DNA from: a virus
DNA length: 64,000 nucleotides
Strand: one strand, 5' to 3'
IMG/VR virus record: IMGVR_UViG_3300034073_002585
Location: 90,193-154,192 of that record
How positions within the stretch are numbered: the first letter of the stretch is position 1; every line of letters starts with the position of its first letter. Positions 56,161 to 64,000 of the stretch are shown in pieces. The translations under genes and the position numbers were made by a program. The notes under the pieces were generated by a model. That model was given only the letters and a program-made list of their open reading frames with translations. It did not search any database and was not told where the DNA came from.

Positions 56161-56873
56161 TCCTGTTTCGCTAAAGCCTTAGAAAGTTCTACAATTTCTT
56201 TCTCCATAGCCCATTCTTTTTGTCGTTCTTCAGAGTAGGTTGCATCTGCGAAGTCCCAGAATGAAACCATAGTGTATCTTTCTCCTGAAAGGATTTCTGA
56301 TACTCCATGGATATTCTCTATTCCACCAGGGAAAGTTATAAAAGAACCTGCTTTCGGGGATATCCTGAGTTTTTCAGTGTGGACGTCTTCCGTTTCGACG
56401 AAGTATAGGTCACCACCTTCGTAATTATCGTTTAGGTATAAAATCCCTACATACTTATTAATCTCGAAAGACGTCGGGGTACCTTTAAAGTCAGAATTAT
56501 CTGAGTGAGGCGAGGCAAACCCTCCTGGCAACCACTTCTGCGAGTGTGCTGAGTTGGCCTTAACTGCCCTTTTAAATACAGACTCTACGCCTTTTTGAAA
56601 ATTGCCTTTTAACTCGTCAAAAAATCCTCTAGGCAGTCCGACCTCTTCTACAAGTGGGCTATTGTGGTCTATCCCCATGCCGCGGGAGCCGTAAAAAGCA
56701 ATATCTCCCCATAATTCAGCCTGAGCCTCTAAAAACTCGATAACTTTTGAACTGTTTTCGGGGGATATAAAGTTAGGAATCTCTACAATTCTATTTCTTG
56801 TGATTCCAATCTGGCTGACTGTAGTCTCTTCATCCAGATGCACAATAAAATTTGATTCATCAAAAAGTGTCAT
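56133..56873 (-). CDS. 2OG-Fe(II) oxygenase (P4H-like, HSDN subfamily)
   Basis: HSDNSD...YLNDNYEGGDL...HGV..I..GERY. Confidence 0.9.
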   Translation of the reverse strand: MTLFDESNFIVHLDEETTVSQIGITRNRIVEIPNFISPENSSKVIEFLEAQAELWGDIAFYGSRGMGIDHNSPLVEEVGLPRGFFDELKGNFQKGVESVFKRAVKANSAHSQKWLPGGFASPHSDNSDFKGTPTSFEINKYVGILYLNDNYEGGDLYFVETEDVHTEKLRISPKAGSFITFPGGIENIHGVSEILSGERYTMVSFWDFADATYSEERQKEWAMEKEIVELSKALAKQEWERGNKWA

Positions 56874-56884
56874 TTAAGTCTCTC

Positions 56885-57559
56885 CTACTTAAGGGCCTGC
56901 TCTTTAATTCCCTGTTCCCATTGCTGGTGCTGTTGTTCGTGAATTTTTGCAGTTTGTTCTAACTCTTTTTGCTTCTGTTCCCAGTACTCGTCTGGGTAGG
57001 TAGAATCTGCGTAATCAAATGACGCTAACATTGTCCATCTTTGTCCTGATGTTACTTCAGTAACCCCATGGATATTTTCGTACCCTACGTCAAATACTAC
57101 TACCGTGCCAGCTTCAGGAGCTATGTCGATATTGTGGTCCCTAAACACTAAATTACCACCCTCATAGTCATCGTTGAGGTAGATGATGGTGACTAGCTTA
57201 TTTTCTCTCCATGCGTTAGGGGTCCCATCTAGCTCCGTGTTGTCGGAGTGAAAAGCAGCAAAAGCCCCTGGCAACCATTTGTGGGCACTCAGGGTTAGAT
57301 TTTTTAGCTTTCTATCGAAAACACTTTCAGCTAATTCTTGAAATTTTTGCCTAAGATTTCTCATATAGGTTTCATCAATAGTGCTTGCTGGATTTGCCTG
57401 CCAGGGGGCAATAGGGTCCATAACTCTAGCGTTATAGAAACAGGTAAGCTGCCATGCCTCAGAGTTGCTTTCATAGTAATCTATTAAAGCCTGAGATTCT
57501 TCTCTTGACAGGAACTCTTTTACTTCTATTACATCGTGCTTATGAATTATTTTTTGCAA
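56885..57559 (-). CDS. 2OG-Fe(II) oxygenase (P4H-like, HSDN subfamily)
   Basis: HSDNTE...YLNDDYEGGNL...HGV..V..GQR. Confidence 0.9.
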   Translation of the reverse strand: MQKIIHKHDVIEVKEFLSREESQALIDYYESNSEAWQLTCFYNARVMDPIAPWQANPASTIDETYMRNLRQKFQELAESVFDRKLKNLTLSAHKWLPGAFAAFHSDNTELDGTPNAWRENKLVTIIYLNDDYEGGNLVFRDHNIDIAPEAGTVVVFDVGYENIHGVTEVTSGQRWTMLASFDYADSTYPDEYWEQKQKELEQTAKIHEQQHQQWEQGIKEQALK

Positions 57560-58193
57560 GATTATCCCTAACCAATAGTGTATTTATATTATACCTGTCG
57601 CAGCCTGTTATCTTTTCTACAGCGTGCACGTAAGTAGAAGGGAAAAGGACTATATCACCAGGGTTAGGACTATGAGAATAAAACTTTGTGCTCTCGTCAA
57701 AGTCTTCGTAGAAGTTAATGGAACCTCCGCCGAATCCAGAGTTTAGGTATACGTTTAGAGTTATGAGATATTCTCTAGAGCCGTCTCCGCCTGAGTCTGT
57801 GTGCAGTCCAGCGCTATCAGAAAAGTCGTGTCTATAGTGTCTAAGACCGTAGTTATCTATATAGCTGTCTTCAGGATATTTTAAATCGTATACTTCAGAG
57901 TAAACCTCATAGGCCGCATTTATGTAATCACTCAAGAACAGTAAGTCATGAAAAAAGGTATCGTCCTCTTCTTTTATAAAGTGCTCTGAGTAGGGGGTTC
58001 TCCTTAGAGAACTTGTGTAGCCAATTTTTCCCCATGGGTCAGTACTTATTACTGAGTACCTGTCTCCCGTAGGGCATGATTTAAAGTTGGACAAAATCCT
58101 TTCAACGTCTGGTATAGCACGTTCAATTAGAATAATATTTGGTGCTACTTCTTTAGCAGACTCTTTTAAGATAACTTTAAGGTTTTCGCTCAC
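57540..58193 (-). CDS. 2OG-Fe(II) oxygenase (P4H-like)
   Basis: HTD...YLNSGFGGGSI...FPS.Y.HAV..I...DRY. Confidence 0.85.
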   Translation of the reverse strand: MSENLKVILKESAKEVAPNIILIERAIPDVERILSNFKSCPTGDRYSVISTDPWGKIGYTSSLRRTPYSEHFIKEEDDTFFHDLLFLSDYINAAYEVYSEVYDLKYPEDSYIDNYGLRHYRHDFSDSAGLHTDSGGDGSREYLITLNVYLNSGFGGGSINFYEDFDESTKFYSHSPNPGDIVLFPSTYVHAVEKITGCDRYNINTLLVRDNLAKNNS

Positions 58194-58854
58194 CTTTATG
58201 CTCCACTATTGTCCAGAAAAACGGGCACACATATCTAATTCCAGATTTAATTGGGGTTACCCCGTGGATATAATTCATATCACCTGGGAAAAAGTATGCA
58301 GCTCCAGCTTTTGGTTTAAATTGAATTCCTTGGTGTGGGAAATAGAGTTCTCCACCCTCATAGTCATCATTTATATAAAAGAGGCCAGCGATGTCGTAGT
58401 ACGGGAAGTCATTAGGCTTACCTCTATTTTCACCCTCATGAAGTTCTTTATCTGCGTGTGGCATCTGAAGTTGTCCAGGTAGCCACCTAACTATTGCGGG
58501 GCTTGTGGCTCTAGCATCTACCTCAAAAAAATCATCTACTTTTTCCTTCAGACGCTTTTGCATATTTATAATTGTTTCAGTTATTAGAGGATTAACTTTA
58601 TCTAAAGTCTGAGCAGTTGCTACCCTGTGGTCCCAGTAGCTCGAATCGTAAATCACTACCCCGTCTTCATCATAATGAGTCTCGGTTATATCCCATGTAG
58701 TGTTATTTCTTGCAAAATCATTGAGTAGGGTAAGCTCTTCCTCGGTCATAAAGTCTTCTAGAGCGATTATGTTGTCCGCAGAGCGACCAAAAAAACCAGA
58801 AGGAGTTATAGAAAGTCTCTCATCATTGTGTTGATTTACTGTAGTGGAATCCAT
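58177..58854 (-). CDS. 2OG-Fe(II) oxygenase (P4H-like)
   Basis: HADKE...YINDDYEGGELYF...HGV..I..G.RY. Confidence 0.9.
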   Translation of the reverse strand: MDSTTVNQHNDERLSITPSGFFGRSADNIIALEDFMTEEELTLLNDFARNNTTWDITETHYDEDGVVIYDSSYWDHRVATAQTLDKVNPLITETIINMQKRLKEKVDDFFEVDARATSPAIVRWLPGQLQMPHADKELHEGENRGKPNDFPYYDIAGLFYINDDYEGGELYFPHQGIQFKPKAGAAYFFPGDMNYIHGVTPIKSGIRYVCPFFWTIVEHKGERKP

Positions 58855-58869
58855 AATTAATATCTTACC

Positions 58870-59610
58870 TTACTCATATTTTCGTCTTTCCCAAACTTCT
58901 TTTTGGTAGACTCCGCCATCTGGGACTCTGTATTTATCACTGTTTTGTTGGTTTTTTGTCACCATATCTTCGTGGGTAATTTTTATTACCACTTCTGATT
59001 CCCAGTGTTCTCGCTTGAAAGGAAGTATTTGCGCGTACGGTGTTCCCGCTGGGAGCACTCCAGTAAAACCTTCTGCAACAAAAAATGGCATTGTTCCTGG
59101 GAGATGTACTTTGTCGTTGTCAATAATTCCACTAGTTGTCAGAAATGGAAGCTCGAATCGATTGAACGGCTGGGTGTAGAGAGCACTATATCCCTCTGGT
59201 AGCTCTACTGCCCAGTCGGCCCACCACGCGAAATGCTTTTGGTGATATCCCATTGGGGCAACAAATTGAGCCATGGGGGGTCTATCTTGCAAAAAGTCTT
59301 TGTTTAAGTTATCTAAAACTTTTGCTTGTATCTGACCGTTCTGGTCTAAGTAAAACTCAATATCAGCTGGAGTCCTATAGACATAGCCTGTGCCCATAAT
59401 GTCAAAAACCGCTGGGCATGCTTTCCATGTTGGAATTTTTCCACTACCGTCTGGCATTTCCCATGGCTTGCCAGTCATGGGATTCATCGCAAACCTGTCT
59501 GCTTTTCTATACCAATCTGGGATTGTTTTTATTGTGGGTTTTGGTAGAGAAGCAGAGTCTTCATTTAGCCATGGTCTATTTATTGAAAACTTAATCTTCT
59601 GAGTGTCCAC
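58870..59610 (-). CDS. DUF6065-like protein (dUTPase-like fold, inferred)
   Basis: IPDWYRK, TWKACP..FD.M..GY, LPEGYS.L.TQP.NR..LPF.T..GIID.D, PAGTP.AQ.LPFKRE.W. Confidence 0.65.
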   Translation of the reverse strand: MDTQKIKFSINRPWLNEDSASLPKPTIKTIPDWYRKADRFAMNPMTGKPWEMPDGSGKIPTWKACPAVFDIMGTGYVYRTPADIEFYLDQNGQIQAKVLDNLNKDFLQDRPPMAQFVAPMGYHQKHFAWWADWAVELPEGYSALYTQPFNRFELPFLTTSGIIDNDKVHLPGTMPFFVAEGFTGVLPAGTPYAQILPFKREHWESEVVIKITHEDMVTKNQQNSDKYRVPDGGVYQKEVWERRKYE

Positions 59611-60358
59611 TTTCAGACCCTTCCTCTACTTCATAGGTCTGCCCAGTGAATGGACACGTAACGGTTTTAAGCTTTATGGATTTTGTCTCGTGGGTTCCTG
59701 CAGAAGTTCCATCCCAATTTAAAGCATCTCTGTACATTTTTGACCAATCTCCCGTCGCGTTCTTTTCCTGAGCAACATCGCCATATGTTTTTACGTCTTT
59801 CCAGTACTCTTCTGTAGGAAATTCTTCTAATAGTTGCATCTCGTAGTTGTCTTCCAAAGCCTTTAGTGAAATAGGGAGAACTGCTGCTATAGGAGTTCCT
59901 GCTGGTATGACTATTTCTTTGTTTGCTTCAGTAATTTTCCAAGCTACTGGAAGTTCTGGTTTATAAAAAGACGTACTAATTAGTGTAGTAAAACACTGTG
60001 TACCAGCTATGAACTGGTTTGGAACAGGCATAATCAAAGTTGTTGTATCAGGTTCAGTCCTAAAAATCAGACCAGTCATGAAACTAATAGTTGCATTTCC
60101 TCTACTGGGATTTGCCCATTCTTGGCCCTCCAGTATTGTTACATGCTCTGTGGTTGTATCGTCTATACCATCCCATATAAATCTGATATCTCCAGGGAAC
60201 GATATGCCCCAACCAAGTCTATTTGTTAGCGCCATGGGAAAGCACATGTAGGCGTGCTTGTTTTCGCTATTGTCCATCCACTCTCTAGTGGCAGACAGCT
60301 GCTCTATGTTTCCTGCATTAGGCCTATTTTTCTGTACAGTGATAATGCTTTTCTGCAT
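59591..60358 (-). CDS. DUF6065-like protein
   Basis: REWMD....HAYMCFPM...N..GW.I..P....F.WDG, PVPN, PAGTPIAA.LP. Confidence 0.7.
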   Translation of the reverse strand: MQKSIITVQKNRPNAGNIEQLSATREWMDNSENKHAYMCFPMALTNRLGWGISFPGDIRFIWDGIDDTTTEHVTILEGQEWANPSRGNATISFMTGLIFRTEPDTTTLIMPVPNQFIAGTQCFTTLISTSFYKPELPVAWKITEANKEIVIPAGTPIAAVLPISLKALEDNYEMQLLEEFPTEEYWKDVKTYGDVAQEKNATGDWSKMYRDALNWDGTSAGTHETKSIKLKTVTCPFTGQTYEVEEGSESGHSED

Positions 60359-61107
60359 TAATTACCCGTTTCCTCCAGGAATACTCCTCCATGGAATTTG
60401 TCCGAGTAGTCGAGCATTGTAACCATCGAGTATTTAGTCCCTGACTTAACTGGCATAGCGCGGTGCGGATACATAAAATTAGATGGGAAAATAAAAACGT
60501 CTCCAGCTCTTGCCTTGGCAGTCAAATTTTGAAGCCTAAAGTTTAGCTCGCCACCCTCATAGTCGTCATTAGGATATGCAACTAGGGATACAACACAGTT
60601 GTACGAATATCCGTGGTCATGGTGTTCTTGGAAGTGCTGCCCTGGGCCATACTTAACGTAGTTAGTTGCTTCCCAGTAGCGGAGTTCGCCAATGTGGTAA
60701 CGTCTGGTGTAATCTTTTACAACTTGCTTCTGCCTGTGTATTGTCTCTTCAGCTAGGCTTCTTAGCTTGTCGCCCCAAACGCTAGTGTCGTCATCAAAAT
60801 CATGCAACTTATATTTAAAATCCCAGCAGTCACGGTACTCTGGAATTTTCATAGAGTACCCAACCATAGCTTCTTGATACTCGTAGTCATTTTCTGGAGA
60901 GGAAAGAACTTCTTCAATTCTCTCTATAATCTTCATTTCTTTGGGTAGAACATCATGATATACCCATATCCCGCTACCAGGCTTAACTTCTTCTGCAGAG
61001 CTCCAAGTAACTTCGTCTAATTTGTACCATTCAGTTAGACGGTTATTCATTCTTTCTTGTTCTTCTGCGCCCTCTTTGGCTAGTTTTTCTTTTACTGTGT
61101 CTGACAT
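60358..61107 (-). CDS. 2OG-Fe(II) oxygenase (P4H-like)
   Basis: HHDHG...YPNDDYEGGEL...FPSNFMYPHRA..V..GTKYS. Likely leaderless start at 61107 (ORF track gives 61116). Confidence 0.9.
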   Translation of the reverse strand: MSDTVKEKLAKEGAEEQERMNNRLTEWYKLDEVTWSSAEEVKPGSGIWVYHDVLPKEMKIIERIEEVLSSPENDYEYQEAMVGYSMKIPEYRDCWDFKYKLHDFDDDTSVWGDKLRSLAEETIHRQKQVVKDYTRRYHIGELRYWEATNYVKYGPGQHFQEHHDHGYSYNCVVSLVAYPNDDYEGGELNFRLQNLTAKARAGDVFIFPSNFMYPHRAMPVKSGTKYSMVTMLDYSDKFHGGVFLEETGN

Positions 61108-61123
61108 ATTATTCATAATACCT

Positions 61124-61861
61124 TTAGTAAGTTAGTTTATACTCTGTAACCGTCTGGGATACTTTATTGTTTACACCGTCTCTGTCATTATAGTCGCTCA
61201 TTATTACTACAGAGTACTTAGTACCCTCAATCATTTCTTCTGAAGCGTGTTCATATATGTATGTTGAAGGAAAAACTACAATATCTCCAGCAGATGGTTT
61301 AAGTTTTAGATTGTCTAACCTAGGAAACCACAATTCTCCACCTACATAATTGTCGTTTAAATATACAACTATCGAAACTGTAGAGACATACGTAGGCCCG
61401 TGGTCAGCATGAATCCTAAAGTGCGTGCCTGCGCCCTCATACTTAACAAAATTAAATGCTTCGTAGGCTCTAATACCCACGCCCCAATAGGAGCCATAGT
61501 CATCGACGCACATACGAACTTTTTGAAAGATTTCTTCATGCATTTGATATAGTTTTTGATTCTCTGAAGTTTTAGGCCCTAAGCCTACCGAGTTGAACTT
61601 AAAGTCTTTAGCGTTTCTAGACTCTAGGTCAACCTCATCTGAGGTTGTAACATATGCTCCTCGCCAAGAGTATTGAGTTTGACCATTTAAGTGTGACTCT
61701 AAGGTGTCTACATATGTCTGACACTGAGACTCTGATAGTGCTTTTCTGTACACATTTACCCCCAGCGCTGGGTTAAGTACAGAAATATGGCCTATGGTTC
61801 TGTCTTTAGCCCTGTTACTAGCCGTCTCCGACCTGTCTTTAGTAAACCAATCATCGCTCAT
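61124..61861 (-). CDS. 2OG-Fe(II) oxygenase (P4H-like)
   Basis: HADHG...YLNDNYVGGEL...FPSTYIYEHAS..M..GTKYS. Confidence 0.9.
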   Translation of the reverse strand: MSDDWFTKDRSETASNRAKDRTIGHISVLNPALGVNVYRKALSESQCQTYVDTLESHLNGQTQYSWRGAYVTTSDEVDLESRNAKDFKFNSVGLGPKTSENQKLYQMHEEIFQKVRMCVDDYGSYWGVGIRAYEAFNFVKYEGAGTHFRIHADHGPTYVSTVSIVVYLNDNYVGGELWFPRLDNLKLKPSAGDIVVFPSTYIYEHASEEMIEGTKYSVVIMSDYNDRDGVNNKVSQTVTEYKLTY

Positions 61862-61879
61862 GAGAAAAGTCTACACCAA

Positions 61880-62887
61880 TTAGGTAGTTATGGGGGGCAT
61901 ATGCCTGAACTCTTGTCCGTGTCTATGAGCATTTAGCTTATGGTAATTTTCATCATATTCGCACCACTGCGGGTTTAGACCATACTTTTTGCAATACTCT
62001 AAAATTTTTTCTTTTGGTATGTTTCCGTATACTCCCTTTAAATTTCCCGACAAGAGCATGTTTAATTTTTTCATAGACTCGTCCGACTGGTCCCAGAAGG
62101 CGTCTTTATTTAAATCTGCCCACGGTCTGTGGGACACAGTTCTTGGCAACTCCTCGCCTGGATACTCTTTGTATGTGTCATGGTAGTAAAGAATCTTAGG
62201 GGTAGCATAAAATCGCCAGCCCCTTGCCCACGACTGTAGCGTTAAATATATTTCTTCGCCGTGGTAGTTCATGTCTGGGTCAATGGGTACTTCTTCTACA
62301 TACTTACTAGTGGAAAAAACCCAGCTACCCTGCCAATAGCAATCCTCTAAAACATCATCTGTATCTGGAACTGGCTCTACTTTAGGGAATCCATATCCAG
62401 GGATATAGTCAGAGTTTATCCTGGGTCTATAAAAATTTTTCAATCTTCCAGCTCGTGAATTATACGTTATATTGCCACTCTCATCAAACTCATACTCTGG
62501 GCCAGATACGGTTATGATTGCTTTTTCAGAGTGTTTACTGGCTTTTTCATATTCTTGTAAAACTATCTCATCCCAGTTTGGGGCAAATATATTGTGCCCA
62601 CACGTATATAAGATGTAGTCATATGTTGGAGAGACCTGTGTAGTTTTGTTTCTAGACCAGAGAACCCCTCTATATGTAGACAGGTTGTATTTTCTATATA
62701 TTATTTTGTCTTTAGATACAAAGTCTCTCAGGTTTGCGTGTAAGTCTTCAGATTCTTGTTCTGATACTACAGAAAAACTTATTCTGTGGGGGTATTTGGC
62801 CTTCTTCAAACAATCTTGTACAGATTCGTATAAATTTTTTTCTCTATATGCCACCATAGAGACTAATATTTTTTTATTGCTACTCAT
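61880..62887 (-). CDS. Gnt1/GT60-like (Skp1-hydroxyproline GlcNAc-transferase-like) glycosyltransferase
   Basis: ILVSMVAYRE...AKYP..I...V..Q, G..WSR, H..F..NWD, DP...YHGEEI....SW..GW..Y.....YH match the Gnt1-type pattern (IFVSIASYRD, DSH.RF..WD, GEE). Confidence 0.75.
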   Translation of the reverse strand: MSSNKKILVSMVAYREKNLYESVQDCLKKAKYPHRISFSVVSEQESEDLHANLRDFVSKDKIIYRKYNLSTYRGVLWSRNKTTQVSPTYDYILYTCGHNIFAPNWDEIVLQEYEKASKHSEKAIITVSGPEYEFDESGNITYNSRAGRLKNFYRPRINSDYIPGYGFPKVEPVPDTDDVLEDCYWQGSWVFSTSKYVEEVPIDPDMNYHGEEIYLTLQSWARGWRFYATPKILYYHDTYKEYPGEELPRTVSHRPWADLNKDAFWDQSDESMKKLNMLLSGNLKGVYGNIPKEKILEYCKKYGLNPQWCEYDENYHKLNAHRHGQEFRHMPPITT

Positions 62888-63668
62888 TGCTTGAGATTAT
62901 TTCATCTAAAAGAGTTTTCGGGGCTACCCAGCATTGAATACACTCTTCCCCATTAATTATGCAAGGGTAGTTATTTTCTGGTAAATCGTTAAAATATGGA
63001 GGATGACCAGAGTGTTCGTAATATCTAATGTCTCCGTCATGTCTATATTTTTGAATTAGCTCGTTAAATAAATCTTCTTGCTTCGGGTCCTGTAAATCTA
63101 AATCATAACCCCAGTGGGTTTCATCTACAAAAAGACCGAATAATAGAATTATGTATGCATCTTTGTTGTCTACAGGATACGGTGGTCTACTGTGAGTTTG
63201 TTGTTGACCCATAAAGAAAATTCCACTATTCTCTGCTTCATCAAACTGAGTGCCGTCAACAATTACGCCCCAGCTGTCAAAACCAGAAATTTCTACGCAA
63301 AAATCTAGGGTGTATTGGCACACGCTCTGGTCCATATGCTCCCACAGATAAGGAGTAACCCCGTTGTGTTGTTGGTATCTAGCTGACCAGAGTACTTTTA
63401 ATCTAAGATTTTCATTGCCCCAGTGCTTTTTTGCGGTTGCTAATACTTTGTCCCGAATTTCTTGAGAAAAGTTTGGTTCGGAAACCCAGCGGCCAACGAT
63501 TGTGTGGTAAGGAGTAGCCGAGCCTGGTCCCCAGTCGGAGTCTCTGGCTATGGTATTTTTAATCTCTTCTAGCGTTTCCTTATCAAAAAGATTAGCTACT
63601 TTAAATGCCTCTATACCTTCTGGAAGTGGCCACTTAATGTTTTTACTGGAATCGGCATTTATCGGCAT
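62880..63668 (-). CDS. divergent 2OG-Fe(II) oxygenase-like protein
   Basis: ARYQ...P.LWEHMD..C.YTLD...W.....G......F.GQ...HSR. HxD...H triad present. Confidence 0.65.
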   Translation of the reverse strand: MPINADSSKNIKWPLPEGIEAFKVANLFDKETLEEIKNTIARDSDWGPGSATPYHTIVGRWVSEPNFSQEIRDKVLATAKKHWGNENLRLKVLWSARYQQHNGVTPYLWEHMDQSVCQYTLDFCVEISGFDSWGVIVDGTQFDEAENSGIFFMGQQQTHSRPPYPVDNKDAYIILLFGLFVDETHWGYDLDLQDPKQEDLFNELIQKYRHDGDIRYYEHSGHPPYFNDLPENNYPCIINGEECIQCWVAPKTLLDEIISSNE

Positions 63669-63674
63669 ATAGCC

Positions 63675-63680
63675 ATTATA
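63675..63680 (-). promoter_or_regulatory. -10 box of a leaderless promoter for the oxygenase/GT operon
   Basis: Minus strand TATAAT-6 bp-ATG(63668). Confidence 0.65.
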
Positions 63681-63682
63681 GT

Positions 63683-63711
63683 AAAGAAAAAGCCCCCGCA
63701 GTGCGGAGGCT
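63683..63711 (-). terminator. rho-independent terminator after the PPYF-repeat gene
   Basis: Minus strand agcctccgca-c-tgcgggggct followed by TTTTCTTT. Confidence 0.75.
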
Positions 63712-63729
63712 AATTCTTTACCCTAACTC

Positions 63730-64000
63730 TTACTTATCTTCCTCAGGGGTATCAAAATCTTCTACAGAGAAGATAGAGAACCTAGGTGGGAAGTATGGTG
63801 GGAAGTAAGGTGGGAAGTATGGGAACCTAGGTGGGAAGTAAGGTGGGAAGTAAGGTGGGAAGTATGGGAACCTAGGTGGGAAGTAAGGTGGGAAGTAAGG
63901 TGGGAAGTAAGGTGGGAAGTAAGGTGGGAAGTAAGGTGGGAAGTAAGGTGGGAAGTAAGGTGGGAAGTAAGGTGGGAAGTAAGGTGGGAAGTAAGGTGGG
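63730..64000 (-). CDS. 5'-truncated (FPPY)n/FPPRF proline-aromatic repeat protein (not in the ORF track)
   Basis: Minus-strand translation ...(PPYF)10 PPRFPYFPPYFPPYFPPRFPYFPPYFPPYFPPRFSIFSVEDFDTPEEDK*, stop at 63730-63732, followed by a terminator. Confidence 0.8.
   Translation of the reverse strand, partial: PPYFPPYFPPYFPPYFPPYFPPYFPPYFPPYFPPYFPPYFPPRFPYFPPYFPPYFPPRFPYFPPYFPPYFPPRFSIFSVEDFDTPEEDK
63881..64000. repeat. ten perfect 12-bp tandem repeats (aagtaaggtggg) running to the window edge
   Basis: Counted directly; degenerate copies continue back to ~63780. Confidence 0.95.

Noticed and set aside
52052-63668. Oxygenases as TET/JBP or AlkB DNA-modifying enzymes
   Set aside because: Motifs (YLNDDYEGGEL.F, HxV..V..G.RY) are P4H-like, and the neighbours are protein-directed rather than nucleotide-modification genes. 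Not formally excluded without assays.
63780-64000. 12-bp repeats as a CRISPR array, telomere-like or non-coding satellite
   Set aside because: There are no spacers. All variants preserve a minus-strand reading frame that ends in a normal C-terminus, stop and terminator, and the same peptide occurs in another gene.

Overview
This window is a 64-kb segment of a large tailed (siphovirus-like) phage. WhiB, an MSMEG_6728-like gene and many leaderless promoters point to an Actinobacteria host; a freshwater low-GC host is inferred but not demonstrated. Layout: (1) 1-23.1 kb, + strand virion module: truncated zincin/ADP-ribosyltransferase-like protein, a ~1.5-kaa capsid maturation protease polyprotein, two capsid proteins, major tail protein, head-tail genes, tail assembly chaperones joined by a -1 frameshift, tape measure, minor tail proteins and a tail fibre with an S74 chaperone. 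(2) 23.1-33.1 kb, + strand replication module: PolA (Tyr762 type), RuvC-like, SNF2 helicase, Cas4-like nuclease, AAA recombinase, SSB, DNA glycosylase, WhiB. (3) 33.1-41.5 kb, - strand: glycosyl-, methyl- and sulfotransferases, an APS-kinase/HxGH fusion, a phosphoesterase and a primase-helicase. (4) 42-52 kb, - strand: four collagen-like (GPT)n fibre proteins, two Ig-domain proteins and an anchor protein. (5) 52-64 kb: about 13 prolyl-hydroxylase-like 2OG-Fe(II) oxygenases, two DUF6065-like proteins and a Gnt1/GT60-like hydroxyproline glycosyltransferase, headed by a gene missing from the ORF track that encodes (FPPY)n...FPPRF repeats. The same repeat, written with different codons, occurs in an Ig protein of the fibre cluster. 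The strongest candidate for an undescribed system is a phage-encoded protein-modification pathway (Pro/aromatic hydroxylation followed by glycosylation, possibly sulfation and methylation) acting on extensin-like PPYF repeats and on a branched collagen fibre network. All family assignments come from motif recognition by eye; no database searches were run.
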